A stretch of DNA of 64,000 nt from a virus (IMGVR_UViG_3300049794_000047); one strand, 5' to 3'; positions 1 through 9,450 are shown, counted from the stretch's first letter. Notes: generated by a model not told the origin, from the sequence alone. Numbers and translations: made by a program.

Positions 1-253
1 GTCGACTGAGCCCAGAGGAACAAACCTTTCTTCGTTCGACCAGCCCAGATTCCGCTAAGATCGCTAGTGCTCTGTGGCAAAAGCCGCAACTTAATAGTCC
101 ATGGCGCAGATCGTCTCCGCACGATCCGCGGAGCTGAATCGCGGCGCCCGGCTTCCCTTCGACGTCACGCGCTTGCGCAAGCGCACGCAACACGCAACCA
201 GCGGCCAGGGCTCCCGAAAAATAGTTCCCAGTGCTACAATTTTCCTCAAGATC

Positions 254-661
254 ATGACGCCCTTGATCATCTCGAACTGCCACGGCCGCCTGCTCGGCGT
301 TCTCGAGCCTAGACCAGGCGGCTACGTCCTCTGGCTTTGCCTTCCCCCGGTAGGTGTCCTGCCTCCGGTAGGTGTCCTGCCTCGTGAGGCTCCTGACGTC
401 TGGGACGTAACACCTGGCTGGAGCCCTGAATGGGAGGGAAGCCCTGGTCCCTACTGGGACACGTCCTTGGCGGGGGAGCCGTATGGCTGCCTCGGGACGC
501 CCGTGGGGAGCTTCTTCGACGACATCGCCGACGCCGCCAAGAGCGTCTACGGCTCCGCAAAGAGGGCGGTTAGGGGCTGGACTTTATTAACTTGGTCATT
601 TGAACGATTCCCCGACGAAGATCCACCAGAAATGACCAGGTTATTTCGTTCCAGCCCCTAA
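254..661 (+). CDS. hypothetical protein; C-terminus supplied by MITE copy 1
   Basis: ATG at 254 inside ORF 101..661; PPVGVL duplicated; last ~29 aa (RGWTLLTWSF...) are MITE sequence. Confidence 0.5.
   Translation: MTPLIISNCHGRLLGVLEPRPGGYVLWLCLPPVGVLPPVGVLPREAPDVWDVTPGWSPEWEGSPGPYWDTSLAGEPYGCLGTPVGSFFDDIADAAKSVYGSAKRAVRGWTLLTWSFERFPDEDPPEMTRLFRSSP
573..658 (+). mobile_element. 86-bp MITE copy 1
   Basis: GGGGCTGGA...TCCAGCCCC ends; flanks TTA / TAA. Confidence 0.9.
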
Positions 662-670
662 GAGGCTTTC

Positions 671-1165
671 ATGCGCATCTTCACGCTCTGGCACGAGGAT
701 GATGACGATGGCGAAATGCCGTGGATCATCAACGCTGTGGATCAATACACTCTCGACTCCAACGGCGAGTTTCCACCGCCGTATCTCAAACACCGTGCCA
801 ATATGCACGTGCGCGAACTGATCATCGACATCCCCGAGAACGCCGTGCGGGCGCTGTTCAGGGCTCCCAGCATCGCGGGCGCCGTCATCAAGGATGACCA
901 GCGGACGGTGCACGAGATCCCCACCGCGCCCGCGTCCGACGAGATCCCCACCATGCCCGCGTCCGACAAGAGTCCCGAGCCTGTCGCTAAGGGGCTAGAC
1001 TTTATTAACTTGGTCATTTGCCCGATTTTCGGACGAAGATCCACCCGAAATGACCAGGTTATTTCGTTCCAGTCCCTAAACGCAAGTGTGTCGCCCGTTA
1101 CATTACCGGCCGAGATCTGCAAGGAACAACAGTGTTCGCCCTTTTCAAGTAGAATCGGCGCATGA
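671..1165 (+). CDS. hypothetical protein interrupted by MITE copy 2
   Basis: ORF with EIPTxPASD x2 (27-bp duplication); reads into the MITE at 991. Confidence 0.6.
   Translation: MRIFTLWHEDDDDGEMPWIINAVDQYTLDSNGEFPPPYLKHRANMHVRELIIDIPENAVRALFRAPSIAGAVIKDDQRTVHEIPTAPASDEIPTMPASDKSPEPVAKGLDFINLVICPIFGRRSTRNDQVISFQSLNASVSPVTLPAEICKEQQCSPFSSRIGA
991..1076 (+). mobile_element. 86-bp MITE copy 2
   Basis: TAA duplicated at 988-990 and 1077-1079. Confidence 0.9.
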
Positions 1166-1674
1166 CCAGCCAAAAACGCCCGCTCATGGGACGTATCTTC
1201 CGCGCGTACAGGGCCTTTTTCGAACCGCTCCATCGAGGAATTCTGCCGTTGAGCAACGGCGACGTAAAGGTCATGCCGAGCCAGTTATGTTGCATCACTG
1301 GTCGCGTGCAGTCCGACGGCTTCTGGCCCGATCATCTGACGATCTCTAACGGATGCACCCCAGGCGGTGCGGCGGACTGGATCGTAAATGACATCAAGAT
1401 CGCCGGCAGATCGCAGTTCCTTCAGCCCGGCGACCTCCCAGGCGACATGTTCGCGACGAACGCGGCAGACTCGTTAATACGCTTCGAGGTTGCCAAAACG
1501 GCAATGGAGGTCGAGATCGTCGTGACGTACATCGGCACGAACGAGAAGGGCTGCCGGTTCGTCGGGGCGATCACGGGCATGGAGTACGATCCTGGCCTGC
1601 TCGACATCGTGCGCGAGGCAATCTCGCAGGCGCTCACATCGGCGTCTCGGGGTTTAAGCACCCGCCCGCACTAA
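1162..1674 (+). CDS. beta-rich hypothetical protein, paralog of 50461..50997
   Basis: shared ISNxxTxGGAADWxVNDIKxAGxSxFxQxGDxPGDMFAT and VTYIGTxE motifs. Confidence 0.75.
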   Translation: MTSQKRPLMGRIFRAYRAFFEPLHRGILPLSNGDVKVMPSQLCCITGRVQSDGFWPDHLTISNGCTPGGAADWIVNDIKIAGRSQFLQPGDLPGDMFATNAADSLIRFEVAKTAMEVEIVVTYIGTNEKGCRFVGAITGMEYDPGLLDIVREAISQALTSASRGLSTRPH

Positions 1675-1760
1675 GGGGCTGGACTTTATTAACTTGGACA
1701 TCTGAACGATTTTCCGACGAAGATCCCTCCGAAATGGCCAGGTTATTTCGTTCCAGCCCC
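1675..1760 (+). mobile_element. 86-bp MITE copy 3
   Basis: TAA duplication; inserted at the stop codon of the upstream gene. Confidence 0.9.
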
Positions 1761-2187
1761 TAAGCGCTGTGAAACTGCGACGGTGCACTTGATCGCATCA
1801 TAGACGCGCAATGCCGTACTCAGGCTCGTGAAGTGTGCCGGGACAGGGCACCCTTTCTGTCGTTCCCGACCTAGTCGGTCGAGATCGTGGGCTCGGCGCT
1901 GTCGGCTGCCGCGCGCCTTGTGGATCTACGCCCGATCAACTGCCGACATGTCCTACTCGACGACCGTCCCGCATCGGGGCCATGAGTCCGGTGGGATCCA
2001 GACAGATCCGTCCGGAAGACGCGCCTACCAGATCTTCTCCGCGATCGTCATCACCGCCGCCGTACCTCGTCACGCTTCTTCCAGGTCTCGTGAAGGTGCG
2101 GCTGACGACCGAACTTCCGCGCTTTATGCAATAGGTCAATAGGTCGTCACCGTGTGGTGACGATCAGATCCGAAGCTTCTCGTAGGC

Positions 2188-2217
2188 TTGACAGTTTTCC
2201 GCCCCTTGTGCTATGCA
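2188..2217 (+). promoter_or_regulatory. putative sigma70-type promoter
   Basis: TTGACA at 2188, TG-n-TATGCA about 18 nt downstream, just before ATG 2231. Confidence 0.4.
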
Positions 2218-2230
2218 ACGCACATCCGAC

Positions 2231-2419
2231 ATGGGCGCAACGAAAGCAAGCGACGCCAAAGGGCGCACCAAGAAGCACCGCAAGGCGCACAAGCTTGTGC
2301 AGGCCTGGGTGAGCCACGAGCTGCGAAAAGCCCTCGACGCGAAAGCCAAGAGCGAGGATCGCACGCTCGCGAACTATGTGCGCCGCGAGCTTGGCAAGCT
2401 CGTCGGGATCACGGCGTAA
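2231..2419 (+). CDS. ribbon-helix-helix DNA-binding protein
   Basis: LVQAWVSHELRKALDAKAKSEDRTLANYVRREL fits the RHH pattern. Confidence 0.7.
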   Translation: MGATKASDAKGRTKKHRKAHKLVQAWVSHELRKALDAKAKSEDRTLANYVRRELGKLVGITA

Positions 2420-3278
2420 TCCGCGTACACGCGATGTGCGAAACCTAAGTGACACCCTATATCGAAGACTTGCTTGCCAAGACGCGCTGGCAACAAGCGA
2501 TCAACAAGCGATCAACAAGCGCGGTTACGAAGGAAGGTTACCCGTGGCATCTGAGCGTCTTACAGAGGCACTTCGTACGGAACTCCGCGCGATTCTCGAC
2601 AACGACGGCAAGCCGTTCGACCTTCAGGTCGCACGGTACGTGTACGACTTCGCGATCGCTGCGAAGGACCTGCTCACGGTGTCCGTGAAGAGCGTCGAAG
2701 ACGTGATGCGGGTGATCGCGGACAACAACGGCGCGATCGAGTCCTTGACCGGACCCAACGACCCGCAGCCACCCGAGCTTGTCAGCGAGACGTTCGGGGC
2801 GCGCATGCTGCGCGAGCTTCTCGCAACGCTGCCGGCGATCCTCCGCAAGAGCCAAGAAGATCCCCTTGCAGTCGTTGCCGCGATCGCCGATGCCCGCGCA
2901 CGGGGGCTGCTCGACCTGGCGGCCAAGCTCGAGCAGAAGCTGATCGGCACGTCGCTCGAGCCGCCGAAGATCACGAGGGCCGAGGTCGTGGAGGATAGCT
3001 ACGAGCACGGCTTCCTGGACGGATCGATGCAGGACAACTTCGAGCGCGGGACCGTTGACGGCCACCTGGCCCGCGACCGGCAGCATGCGTCGCCGGCCTA
3101 CCGGCTGGGCTTCGAGGCCGGCCACGCGCGTCGCCTGCACACGAGCGAGGCTCCGGCGCTGCCGGAGGTCGTACTGCCCGTGCTGCCCGCGCTGCCCGTG
3201 CTGTCCGCGCTGTCTGCGCTGCCCGCGCTGCCGGACGCCTCGGAGTCGAACAGCGTGCCGAGCGGAGTCGAGGCGTGA
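2376..3278 (+). CDS. hypothetical protein with C-terminal LPA/LPV repeats (true start uncertain)
   Basis: long ORF, GC3-rich codons, stop overlaps next start. Confidence 0.7.
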   Translation: MCAASLASSSGSRRNPRTRDVRNLSDTLYRRLACQDALATSDQQAINKRGYEGRLPVASERLTEALRTELRAILDNDGKPFDLQVARYVYDFAIAAKDLLTVSVKSVEDVMRVIADNNGAIESLTGPNDPQPPELVSETFGARMLRELLATLPAILRKSQEDPLAVVAAIADARARGLLDLAAKLEQKLIGTSLEPPKITRAEVVEDSYEHGFLDGSMQDNFERGTVDGHLARDRQHASPAYRLGFEAGHARRLHTSEAPALPEVVLPVLPALPVLSALSALPALPDASESNSVPSGVEA

Positions 3279-4144
3279 GGGCGTGGTACGTACCGTCCTG
3301 GAACGGCGACTTCCGCCTCACGCCCGGGGACGACGACTCGACGTCCAAGCTCCTCATCATGGGGCCGACGCCGCACGAGGTACAACTCCTCGCGGCGTTC
3401 ATGGCGACGGCGCGCAAGAGGAAGTGGACGAAGGAGCCACTGGCCAAGGACGAGACGATCGACACGCGAACGATCGTCCTCGGCGCTTCGCTTACGAAGG
3501 TTGGCCCGGTGCTCGTCAAGATCACGAAGCCCGCCGATCGCACGCTGACGGCGGTTTCGTTCAAGAACGGCCAGCTTGAGGTCGCCGAGACGGGAGTGAT
3601 CGAGACGGTCATCGCGAAGGCCGAAGGCGACTCGGAGGCGAAGGCGGTAAGCGTCGCCCGGCCGACGCCATGCTGCCCGTCGTGCGTGCCAGGATCCGTC
3701 GCGGCTGCCAGCGACGTATTGCTGTCGTTTCTGAACGAGCAAGAGCACGCGGACTGGGCGAAGCACCGCGCAATCATGGTGACGGGCGGCCGGTCAGGAC
3801 ACCGCTACCTGGTCGCGCACCGCCACTCGCGGACAGCAGTGCTCAACCGCAAGATCTGCTATGACGTCGACGACCGCTGCGTGCTGCATTTCCACGACTG
3901 GACGGTACCGCCCGAAGAGGAGGTCCTTGCAACGAAGCTCATCCTCGAGCATCGTGAAGCATGGCTGCGCAACGAGGCGACCGTCTTGCAGCAAGATAGC
4001 AAGGGCGCCTGGCACGATCTCGGCGTCATGCGCTACAAGAACCCGTTCGGCGACGCGAGCGACGGGCGTGCCGACGCTGCGCTAACGGTGGCGTTCGGCG
4101 AGGTCCTGACGGCGGTCCTCCGCGGAGGAGGCGCCGCCGCATGA
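3275..4144 (+). CDS. hypothetical protein (CCPSC motif)
   Basis: 289 aa ORF translationally coupled on both sides. Confidence 0.75.
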   Translation: MRAWYVPSWNGDFRLTPGDDDSTSKLLIMGPTPHEVQLLAAFMATARKRKWTKEPLAKDETIDTRTIVLGASLTKVGPVLVKITKPADRTLTAVSFKNGQLEVAETGVIETVIAKAEGDSEAKAVSVARPTPCCPSCVPGSVAAASDVLLSFLNEQEHADWAKHRAIMVTGGRSGHRYLVAHRHSRTAVLNRKICYDVDDRCVLHFHDWTVPPEEEVLATKLILEHREAWLRNEATVLQQDSKGAWHDLGVMRYKNPFGDASDGRADAALTVAFGEVLTAVLRGGGAAA

Positions 4145-4575
4145 AACCCAAAGCTAAGAAGCTTCCCCAGCACACGGAATCTGTGGACATCGGGCCTATC
4201 GCTGAGTACCACGAGCGAAAAATAGCGGAAGCCCGGGAGGCCAAGACCAAGAAACTGCCTCAGCCCGCGGAACCTATGGACATCGGGCCCAAGAAACTGC
4301 CTCAGCCCGCGGAACCTATGGACATCGGGCCCATCGTTGGGTACTCCGAGAGCGTAAGAGCGACGAGACCGTGGCCGAATTACTTGAGGGGTGCGATCGA
4401 AGCGCGCAACTGCCGCCACTGTGGTGCACTGAAGGGACGTTTGTGTATTGATCCGCGTGCGATGGCTGTATTTGTGACCGTCAACTTTGACGACGCCACA
4501 TGCGCCTTCTGTTACGAGCGCGTTTTCGACTATTTTGAAAGCCATCGTCCCGTGGTCCCCGAGGCAACACAATGA
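4141..4575 (+). CDS. hypothetical protein with 14-aa repeats and CxxC pairs
   Basis: KKLPQPAEPMDIGP repeats; N-terminal module shared with 52806..53201. Confidence 0.65.
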   Translation: MKPKAKKLPQHTESVDIGPIAEYHERKIAEAREAKTKKLPQPAEPMDIGPKKLPQPAEPMDIGPIVGYSESVRATRPWPNYLRGAIEARNCRHCGALKGRLCIDPRAMAVFVTVNFDDATCAFCYERVFDYFESHRPVVPEATQ

Positions 4576-5285
4576 AGCACGCGATCCCCTTGCCCTACGG
4601 TGCGCTGGAGATCCAGCGCCTGACCGCCTTTATCGAAGCCGATGCCCCCGCCTCGGAGTTGGGGCGGGCGGTGCAGAGCCTCCTTTTGGCACATGACTTC
4701 GGCGCTTCCCTGATCGGTCCCGAGCGCGCGATCCTCAAAACGTACGCGAACGCGTGCGGGGCCACGTACGGGGACCCGGAGATCGGGAACGCGATTCACT
4801 CCCTCCTAGCGGTCGTGGACCGCGAGGGGGTCTGCCTGGACAAGGTCTCCGTGGCGAGAGAGCACGTCGTAGAAGGGTCTCGAGACGCGGTTCGCGTAGA
4901 TCTCCACGTCCTCCAGAAGTCCTGCACGGAGGCTATCGCGAATCGACCTCGCGATGGGTCGATTCCGCGGGTTGTAATCAGCGCGGACGTCCTAAGAGCC
5001 GTCGCTTCGTATGCTCGTGAACTGGCAATGGAGGTGGAGCGCGCACTCGTCGGGCGAGCTCTCTCATCAGAGCTCTTTGACCTCGTAGGCTTCGCCACGC
5101 GCGGACCTGTCGTCGACGGCCCCGGTGCGGCCGATGCGTGGGGCGAGGTAGTCCAGCCCTTCGCCGTAGAGGGCGCTCCGAGCAACGACGCAGCAGAGGC
5201 GCCGACGGCCCTTTCACCCACCGTCCTGGATCCGGACTCCGTGGATCCCGTGGACCCCGTGGATACGATCCTCGCGCCAGATTAG
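4572..5285 (+). CDS. hypothetical protein
   Basis: coupled ORF, 237 aa. Confidence 0.6.
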   Translation: MKHAIPLPYGALEIQRLTAFIEADAPASELGRAVQSLLLAHDFGASLIGPERAILKTYANACGATYGDPEIGNAIHSLLAVVDREGVCLDKVSVAREHVVEGSRDAVRVDLHVLQKSCTEAIANRPRDGSIPRVVISADVLRAVASYARELAMEVERALVGRALSSELFDLVGFATRGPVVDGPGAADAWGEVVQPFAVEGAPSNDAAEAPTALSPTVLDPDSVDPVDPVDTILAPD

Positions 5286-5336
5286 CGTCTCGTCCTCCTT
5301 CAGATACTCAAAGAGCGTGCCTACGGAAACGAGCTC

Positions 5337-6800
5337 GTGACGGCGATCCAATCAGGCCTCAACGCCCTTCTGGGAGGTGAGATCCAACCCAGTTGGCTCG
5401 AGGTGCTGGAGCGATTCCCCGCGATCGCTTGGAGGCCGCTCCCCGGCAGTGCAGTTCGGGCACTCCTCCGAGCACTGAACGTCGCGACGGGCAGAGCAGT
5501 GACTCCTTGGACAAAGGAACGCTACCAGTCACTCGACAGATGGTTCTGGACAGAAGCCGATTGGGCTTTCATCGGCAATGGTGTTCGCGACGCCCTCGCC
5601 AGAGCTCTGAATGCTGTCCGTGAGGGCGGTGAGCTGATCGACATCGCACGAGGGGTGTTGGAGCGCTGGCTCTCAGAACTTCCCGTCCCCGCCTCACGGC
5701 AGATCGCGGCAACAAACGTCCGCTCCCTGCTCGCGGCGATCCCGCAGCGATCAGACGCCGAGCGCCGCGCGCGCCTGTTCACGCCTTCTCGATTCAGCCG
5801 CGTCCGACCAGGTAGTGACCTCTGCGCGTTGTGCGGTCAAGGCGTTGGTCACCATTACTCGCTGCTGAGTGAACAGCGTTGTCGGCCAATCGATGCCGAC
5901 GTTCCAGCTGTCGATCTGCAGGCCGCCGCGACGCTCGGTCGGATTCCAGCGCTATTGCGCGTGGTGTTGTGGCGGATCGCAGCAGAGTCCTCAAGCCTGG
6001 CGAGCCTGGTGTGCGACATCAATGCTGCCGTCCGTAGACGAGATCCGCGCGTGTCCTTCCAAGAAGGCGGGTGCTTGATGAGCGCAAAGCCGTCCGGGAC
6101 ACGCATGGCCAAAGCGCCTGAGATCATGCGTGTCCCGGAGGTGGTGGCGCTGCTCGGCGTCGATCGGAAGACCGTCTACGACGCCGTCACGCGCAACGAG
6201 ATCCCGCACCGCTGGATCGGAGCCGGCAGAGGCGACGGCAGAGGCGGTGTAATCCTGTTCCTGCGTTCAGCGATCATGCGCTGGCTGTCCGGTATCGACG
6301 AATATCCACAGAGGAAGGTAGCCATGTTCGGCAACTACGTCACGAAGCGTGCCCAAGAGTTCGGCATTCCCGTCATAGAAGCGCGCGTTCCGGTTCACAT
6401 CACCGTGACCCCTCGGGACGTTGCGAGTGCGATGAAAAAATCCTCGAAGCAGTGCCCGCTCGCCCGCGCCTCCGCGCGTCTACCCGAAGTTCAGGCGGGG
6501 CACTTCTTCCGGACGACGGCCTACCTGGAGTATCGTGACAAAATGGTCCGCTACTCGCTGCCCACATCGATCCAGAAGGAAATCGTCTCGTTTGACCGGG
6601 CCCGGATGTTCGCCCCGGGGGCCTACCAGTTGTCGCCGACAGCAACACCAACCCGCCAGGCACGTGCGCTGCTGAAGGACAAGGCGGGGGCACGCAGAAA
6701 CATTAGGATCGGAGCGAAAGCTGGAAAGCGCCAGCCAACACGTAAGCCGGCGGTGGTCCATCGCACGCAGCACATTCGTCGCGTGGGCGCGAGCCAGTGA
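5337..6800 (+). CDS. composite ORF containing an excisionase-like HTH (about 6078-6300)
   Basis: IMRVPEVVALLGVDRKTVYDAVTRNEIPHRWIG; in-frame internal starts at 6078 and 6324. Confidence 0.65.
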   Translation: MTAIQSGLNALLGGEIQPSWLEVLERFPAIAWRPLPGSAVRALLRALNVATGRAVTPWTKERYQSLDRWFWTEADWAFIGNGVRDALARALNAVREGGELIDIARGVLERWLSELPVPASRQIAATNVRSLLAAIPQRSDAERRARLFTPSRFSRVRPGSDLCALCGQGVGHHYSLLSEQRCRPIDADVPAVDLQAAATLGRIPALLRVVLWRIAAESSSLASLVCDINAAVRRRDPRVSFQEGGCLMSAKPSGTRMAKAPEIMRVPEVVALLGVDRKTVYDAVTRNEIPHRWIGAGRGDGRGGVILFLRSAIMRWLSGIDEYPQRKVAMFGNYVTKRAQEFGIPVIEARVPVHITVTPRDVASAMKKSSKQCPLARASARLPEVQAGHFFRTTAYLEYRDKMVRYSLPTSIQKEIVSFDRARMFAPGAYQLSPTATPTRQARALLKDKAGARRNIRIGAKAGKRQPTRKPAVVHRTQHIRRVGASQ

Positions 6801-6824
6801 CCGCTGTACAGAAGGTGTTCCACC

Positions 6825-7478
6825 ATGAAAAGCTATCCATCCATTCCACGCGCTACAGGAATGGCGTTTCAGGAAATCCCGAACGCCTACGTCTTCAACA
6901 AGCTCGACGGATCGAATCTGCGCTACGAGTGGAGTCGCAAGCACAAGCAGTGGACGAAGTTTGGCACACGCACGAGGCTCTTCGACGAGAGTGACTGGCA
7001 GTTTGGGCGCGCGATCAAGATCTTCATGGACACGCTCGCGGAGCCCGTCGCGAAGGTTGCTTTCGATCAGCGCTGGGAGAGTGTCGTCGTGTTTACGGAG
7101 CATTGGGGGCCGAGCAGCTTCGCAGGCTGCCACCATGACTCACAGAACCAGCCTCTCGATCCAGATGACCAAATGCACGTCGACCTGATCGACGTCGCGC
7201 CGTATAAGCAAGGGATGCTCGGTCCCGCAGAGTACCTGAAGCTGTTCGAGGGGCTGCCCATGGCGCTGTGCCTCGCACGCCTTAACTGGACACGCGGTTT
7301 CGTCGAGCGCGTCTGGAACAGCGATGTCGAGGGCGTGACCTGCGAGGGCGCCGTGGGCAAAGCAGGTCACGGCAAGACACACGACATCGTCATGGCGAAG
7401 GCCAAGACGCGCGCGTGGGTTGACAAGGTGAAAGCGCGCTACACGACCGACGAGGCCGAGAAGCTGATCAACTCGTGA
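6825..7478 (+). CDS. RNA ligase-like nucleotidyltransferase (Rnl2-type adenylation domain)
   Basis: motif I KLDGSN, motif IV EGAVGK, motif V AKAK. Confidence 0.7.
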   Translation: MKSYPSIPRATGMAFQEIPNAYVFNKLDGSNLRYEWSRKHKQWTKFGTRTRLFDESDWQFGRAIKIFMDTLAEPVAKVAFDQRWESVVVFTEHWGPSSFAGCHHDSQNQPLDPDDQMHVDLIDVAPYKQGMLGPAEYLKLFEGLPMALCLARLNWTRGFVERVWNSDVEGVTCEGAVGKAGHGKTHDIVMAKAKTRAWVDKVKARYTTDEAEKLINS

Positions 7479-7482
7479 ATGA

Positions 7483-8238
7483 GTGCATCGAGACACGCAT
7501 TCACGGCGTTGGAGTATCGCCCGACCGGCGCTGCAAGAACGACAGTTGTGCCCGAGCACTGGACCCGCAATGACCAGAGATCTATTGCTGCAACGAAGAC
7601 ACACTGGAGGATGGGCGATCAAACCGGAGCTTGCTGCTCGCTGCACACAGATTGCCGACACGGTCGTGCCAAAGTTCCGCGACGGGAAAAAGAGTTACTC
7701 TTGCACTGGAAGCGTGGCAAAACGTTGGCAGACCGCGTGGGACGCTGCGTGTATAGCACTTGGTTACGACCCCAAGGACAAGCATCGCCACCGAGAACGA
7801 GAGGCTCTACCTGTCGCTCACCGGAATCCCGACGACGCTCTTGAAGTGTCACCATCGGCGCTTCAAGAAAGCTCGACGGCACCTTCTGAAATGACGACCG
7901 CCCTCGCCTGGCAGCGCACCCTCAGCAGAGTGACCTTGCATCCAGCCTTTCCACTGAAGATCCAACTGGATGTGAAGCCTAAATCCCCCGACGAAATGGA
8001 CTTGACTTGCACGATCCTGACGACGGACGCGAGAATACCGCCCGAAATATGCAAGGAGCCCCCGTACGACCAACCGACAACCGGGGTCCGTCATCGCGTC
8101 AGCGTGCCAACTAGCACATCCAGCTACGAGCTCGTCAGCCGTGTCGTGAATCTGGTCCGACATGGGCTGCTGCACGAAGTCGACGAGTGTATACTCATCG
8201 ACGGCAGCCCGGCCAAAGATCCTCACAGCAACGACTAG
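7483..8238 (+). CDS. hypothetical protein
   Basis: 251 aa ORF in co-oriented run. Confidence 0.5.
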   Translation: MHRDTHSRRWSIARPALQERQLCPSTGPAMTRDLLLQRRHTGGWAIKPELAARCTQIADTVVPKFRDGKKSYSCTGSVAKRWQTAWDAACIALGYDPKDKHRHREREALPVAHRNPDDALEVSPSALQESSTAPSEMTTALAWQRTLSRVTLHPAFPLKIQLDVKPKSPDEMDLTCTILTTDARIPPEICKEPPYDQPTTGVRHRVSVPTSTSSYELVSRVVNLVRHGLLHEVDECILIDGSPAKDPHSND

Positions 8239-8242
8239 ACCC

Positions 8243-8917
8243 ATGCTGATTACCATCGAAAACCTGATCGACCAAGCAACAGTCACCCGCCTCCGCGATT
8301 GGCTCGCCACCGCAACCTTCGAAGATGGCCGTGTCACTGCGGGTGGCAATGCACGCCTGATCAAGCGCAACGAGCAGGTCAGCAGCGCCCCGGACCGCTG
8401 TGACCCCAGGCTCGAGGAGATGCAGGACCTCATCAAGGGACTATTGTGGAACCACGAACTATTCATGGTCGCGGCCCAGCCCAGCAAGATCAAGCCTCCG
8501 CTGTTCAGCCGCTACCTGCCTGGCATGAGCTACGGCACGCACATAGACAACGCGCTCATGGGCGCGATGCGCAGTGACCTGTCCCTCACGCTGTTCCTCT
8601 CTGACCCCGTCGACTACGAGGGCGGTGAACTGATCATTGATTTTTCAACGGGCGAACGCGCGTTCAAACTTCCGGCCGGTAGCGCGATCCTCTACGCGAC
8701 GACCGCACCGCACCGGGTCGCCGAAGTCTCGCGGGGGCAGCGCCTGGCAGCGGTCACCTGGATACGGAGCCTCGTGCGCGATCCCGCGGCCCGTGAGATC
8801 CTGCTTGATCTCAAGACAGCGCAACGCAGGCTGTCCGCGCAACTCGGCAAGACGCCCGAGATTGACCTCCTCGGCAAGACGTACACGAACCTGCTGCGGA
8901 GATGGATCGAGGACTAG
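8243..8917 (+). CDS. piuC: PKHD-type Fe(II)/2-oxoglutarate hydroxylase (PiuC/YbiX family)
   Basis: FEDGRVTAG, KRNEQ, PPLFSRY, HIDN, DLSLTLFLSDPxDYEGGEL, HRV...GQRLAAVTW. Confidence 0.9.
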   Translation: MLITIENLIDQATVTRLRDWLATATFEDGRVTAGGNARLIKRNEQVSSAPDRCDPRLEEMQDLIKGLLWNHELFMVAAQPSKIKPPLFSRYLPGMSYGTHIDNALMGAMRSDLSLTLFLSDPVDYEGGELIIDFSTGERAFKLPAGSAILYATTAPHRVAEVSRGQRLAAVTWIRSLVRDPAAREILLDLKTAQRRLSAQLGKTPEIDLLGKTYTNLLRRWIED

Positions 8918-8922
8918 AGGAA

Positions 8923-9450
8923 ATGATCAAAAGGCGAATGGCCCCCGAAGAATGTCAACGTCTCTACGGCACAGACGTGCACCCCCATGCCGACAAATGG
9001 CGTTGTGCGCGCTGTGATCACATCTATGATCCCCCTGCCAAGCTCAAACGCAACCACCTCGCGAAGTGCCCCCGTTGTAGCGAAACTGAAGACGTGTTCC
9101 CAGCGGACGATGGAGGCTGGGAGCGTGCGAAAGAAGAGTGCGCGAAAAAAGAAGAAAGCAAAGCACTTCAGTCGCCAACAACACAACTTCGAGACGAAGT
9201 ACGAAGCCCTGCGATGCAAAACACGCGGTCGGGTCTTCAACAAGATCCACAGAGCAAGGAAAACCGAGTCGCACTTATCCGGCTATCCCCCGGAAATGCA
9301 AGGACCCTCTTGGATCTTGTGATCGAGCGTCTTTGCGAACTCAATAAGAACTGGAGTCGCAAGGTCAACGCAGAACGCAAACGACTCAAGACTCTACGCG
9401 GAGAGCTTGAAGATGCACTCATCAAGTGCCTATATGGCGACGATGTCTGA
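8923..9450 (+). CDS. hypothetical Zn-ribbon protein
   Basis: CARC...CPRC. Confidence 0.55.
   Translation: MIKRRMAPEECQRLYGTDVHPHADKWRCARCDHIYDPPAKLKRNHLAKCPRCSETEDVFPADDGGWERAKEECAKKEESKALQSPTTQLRDEVRSPAMQNTRSGLQQDPQSKENRVALIRLSPGNARTLLDLVIERLCELNKNWSRKVNAERKRLKTLRGELEDALIKCLYGDDV

Noticed and set aside
573-1760. CRISPR array or integron attC cassette array formed by the 86-bp repeats
   Set aside because: Spacers are hundreds of bp and irregular, copies occur in both orientations with TWA duplications, removal restores ORFs, and no cas or intI gene is present
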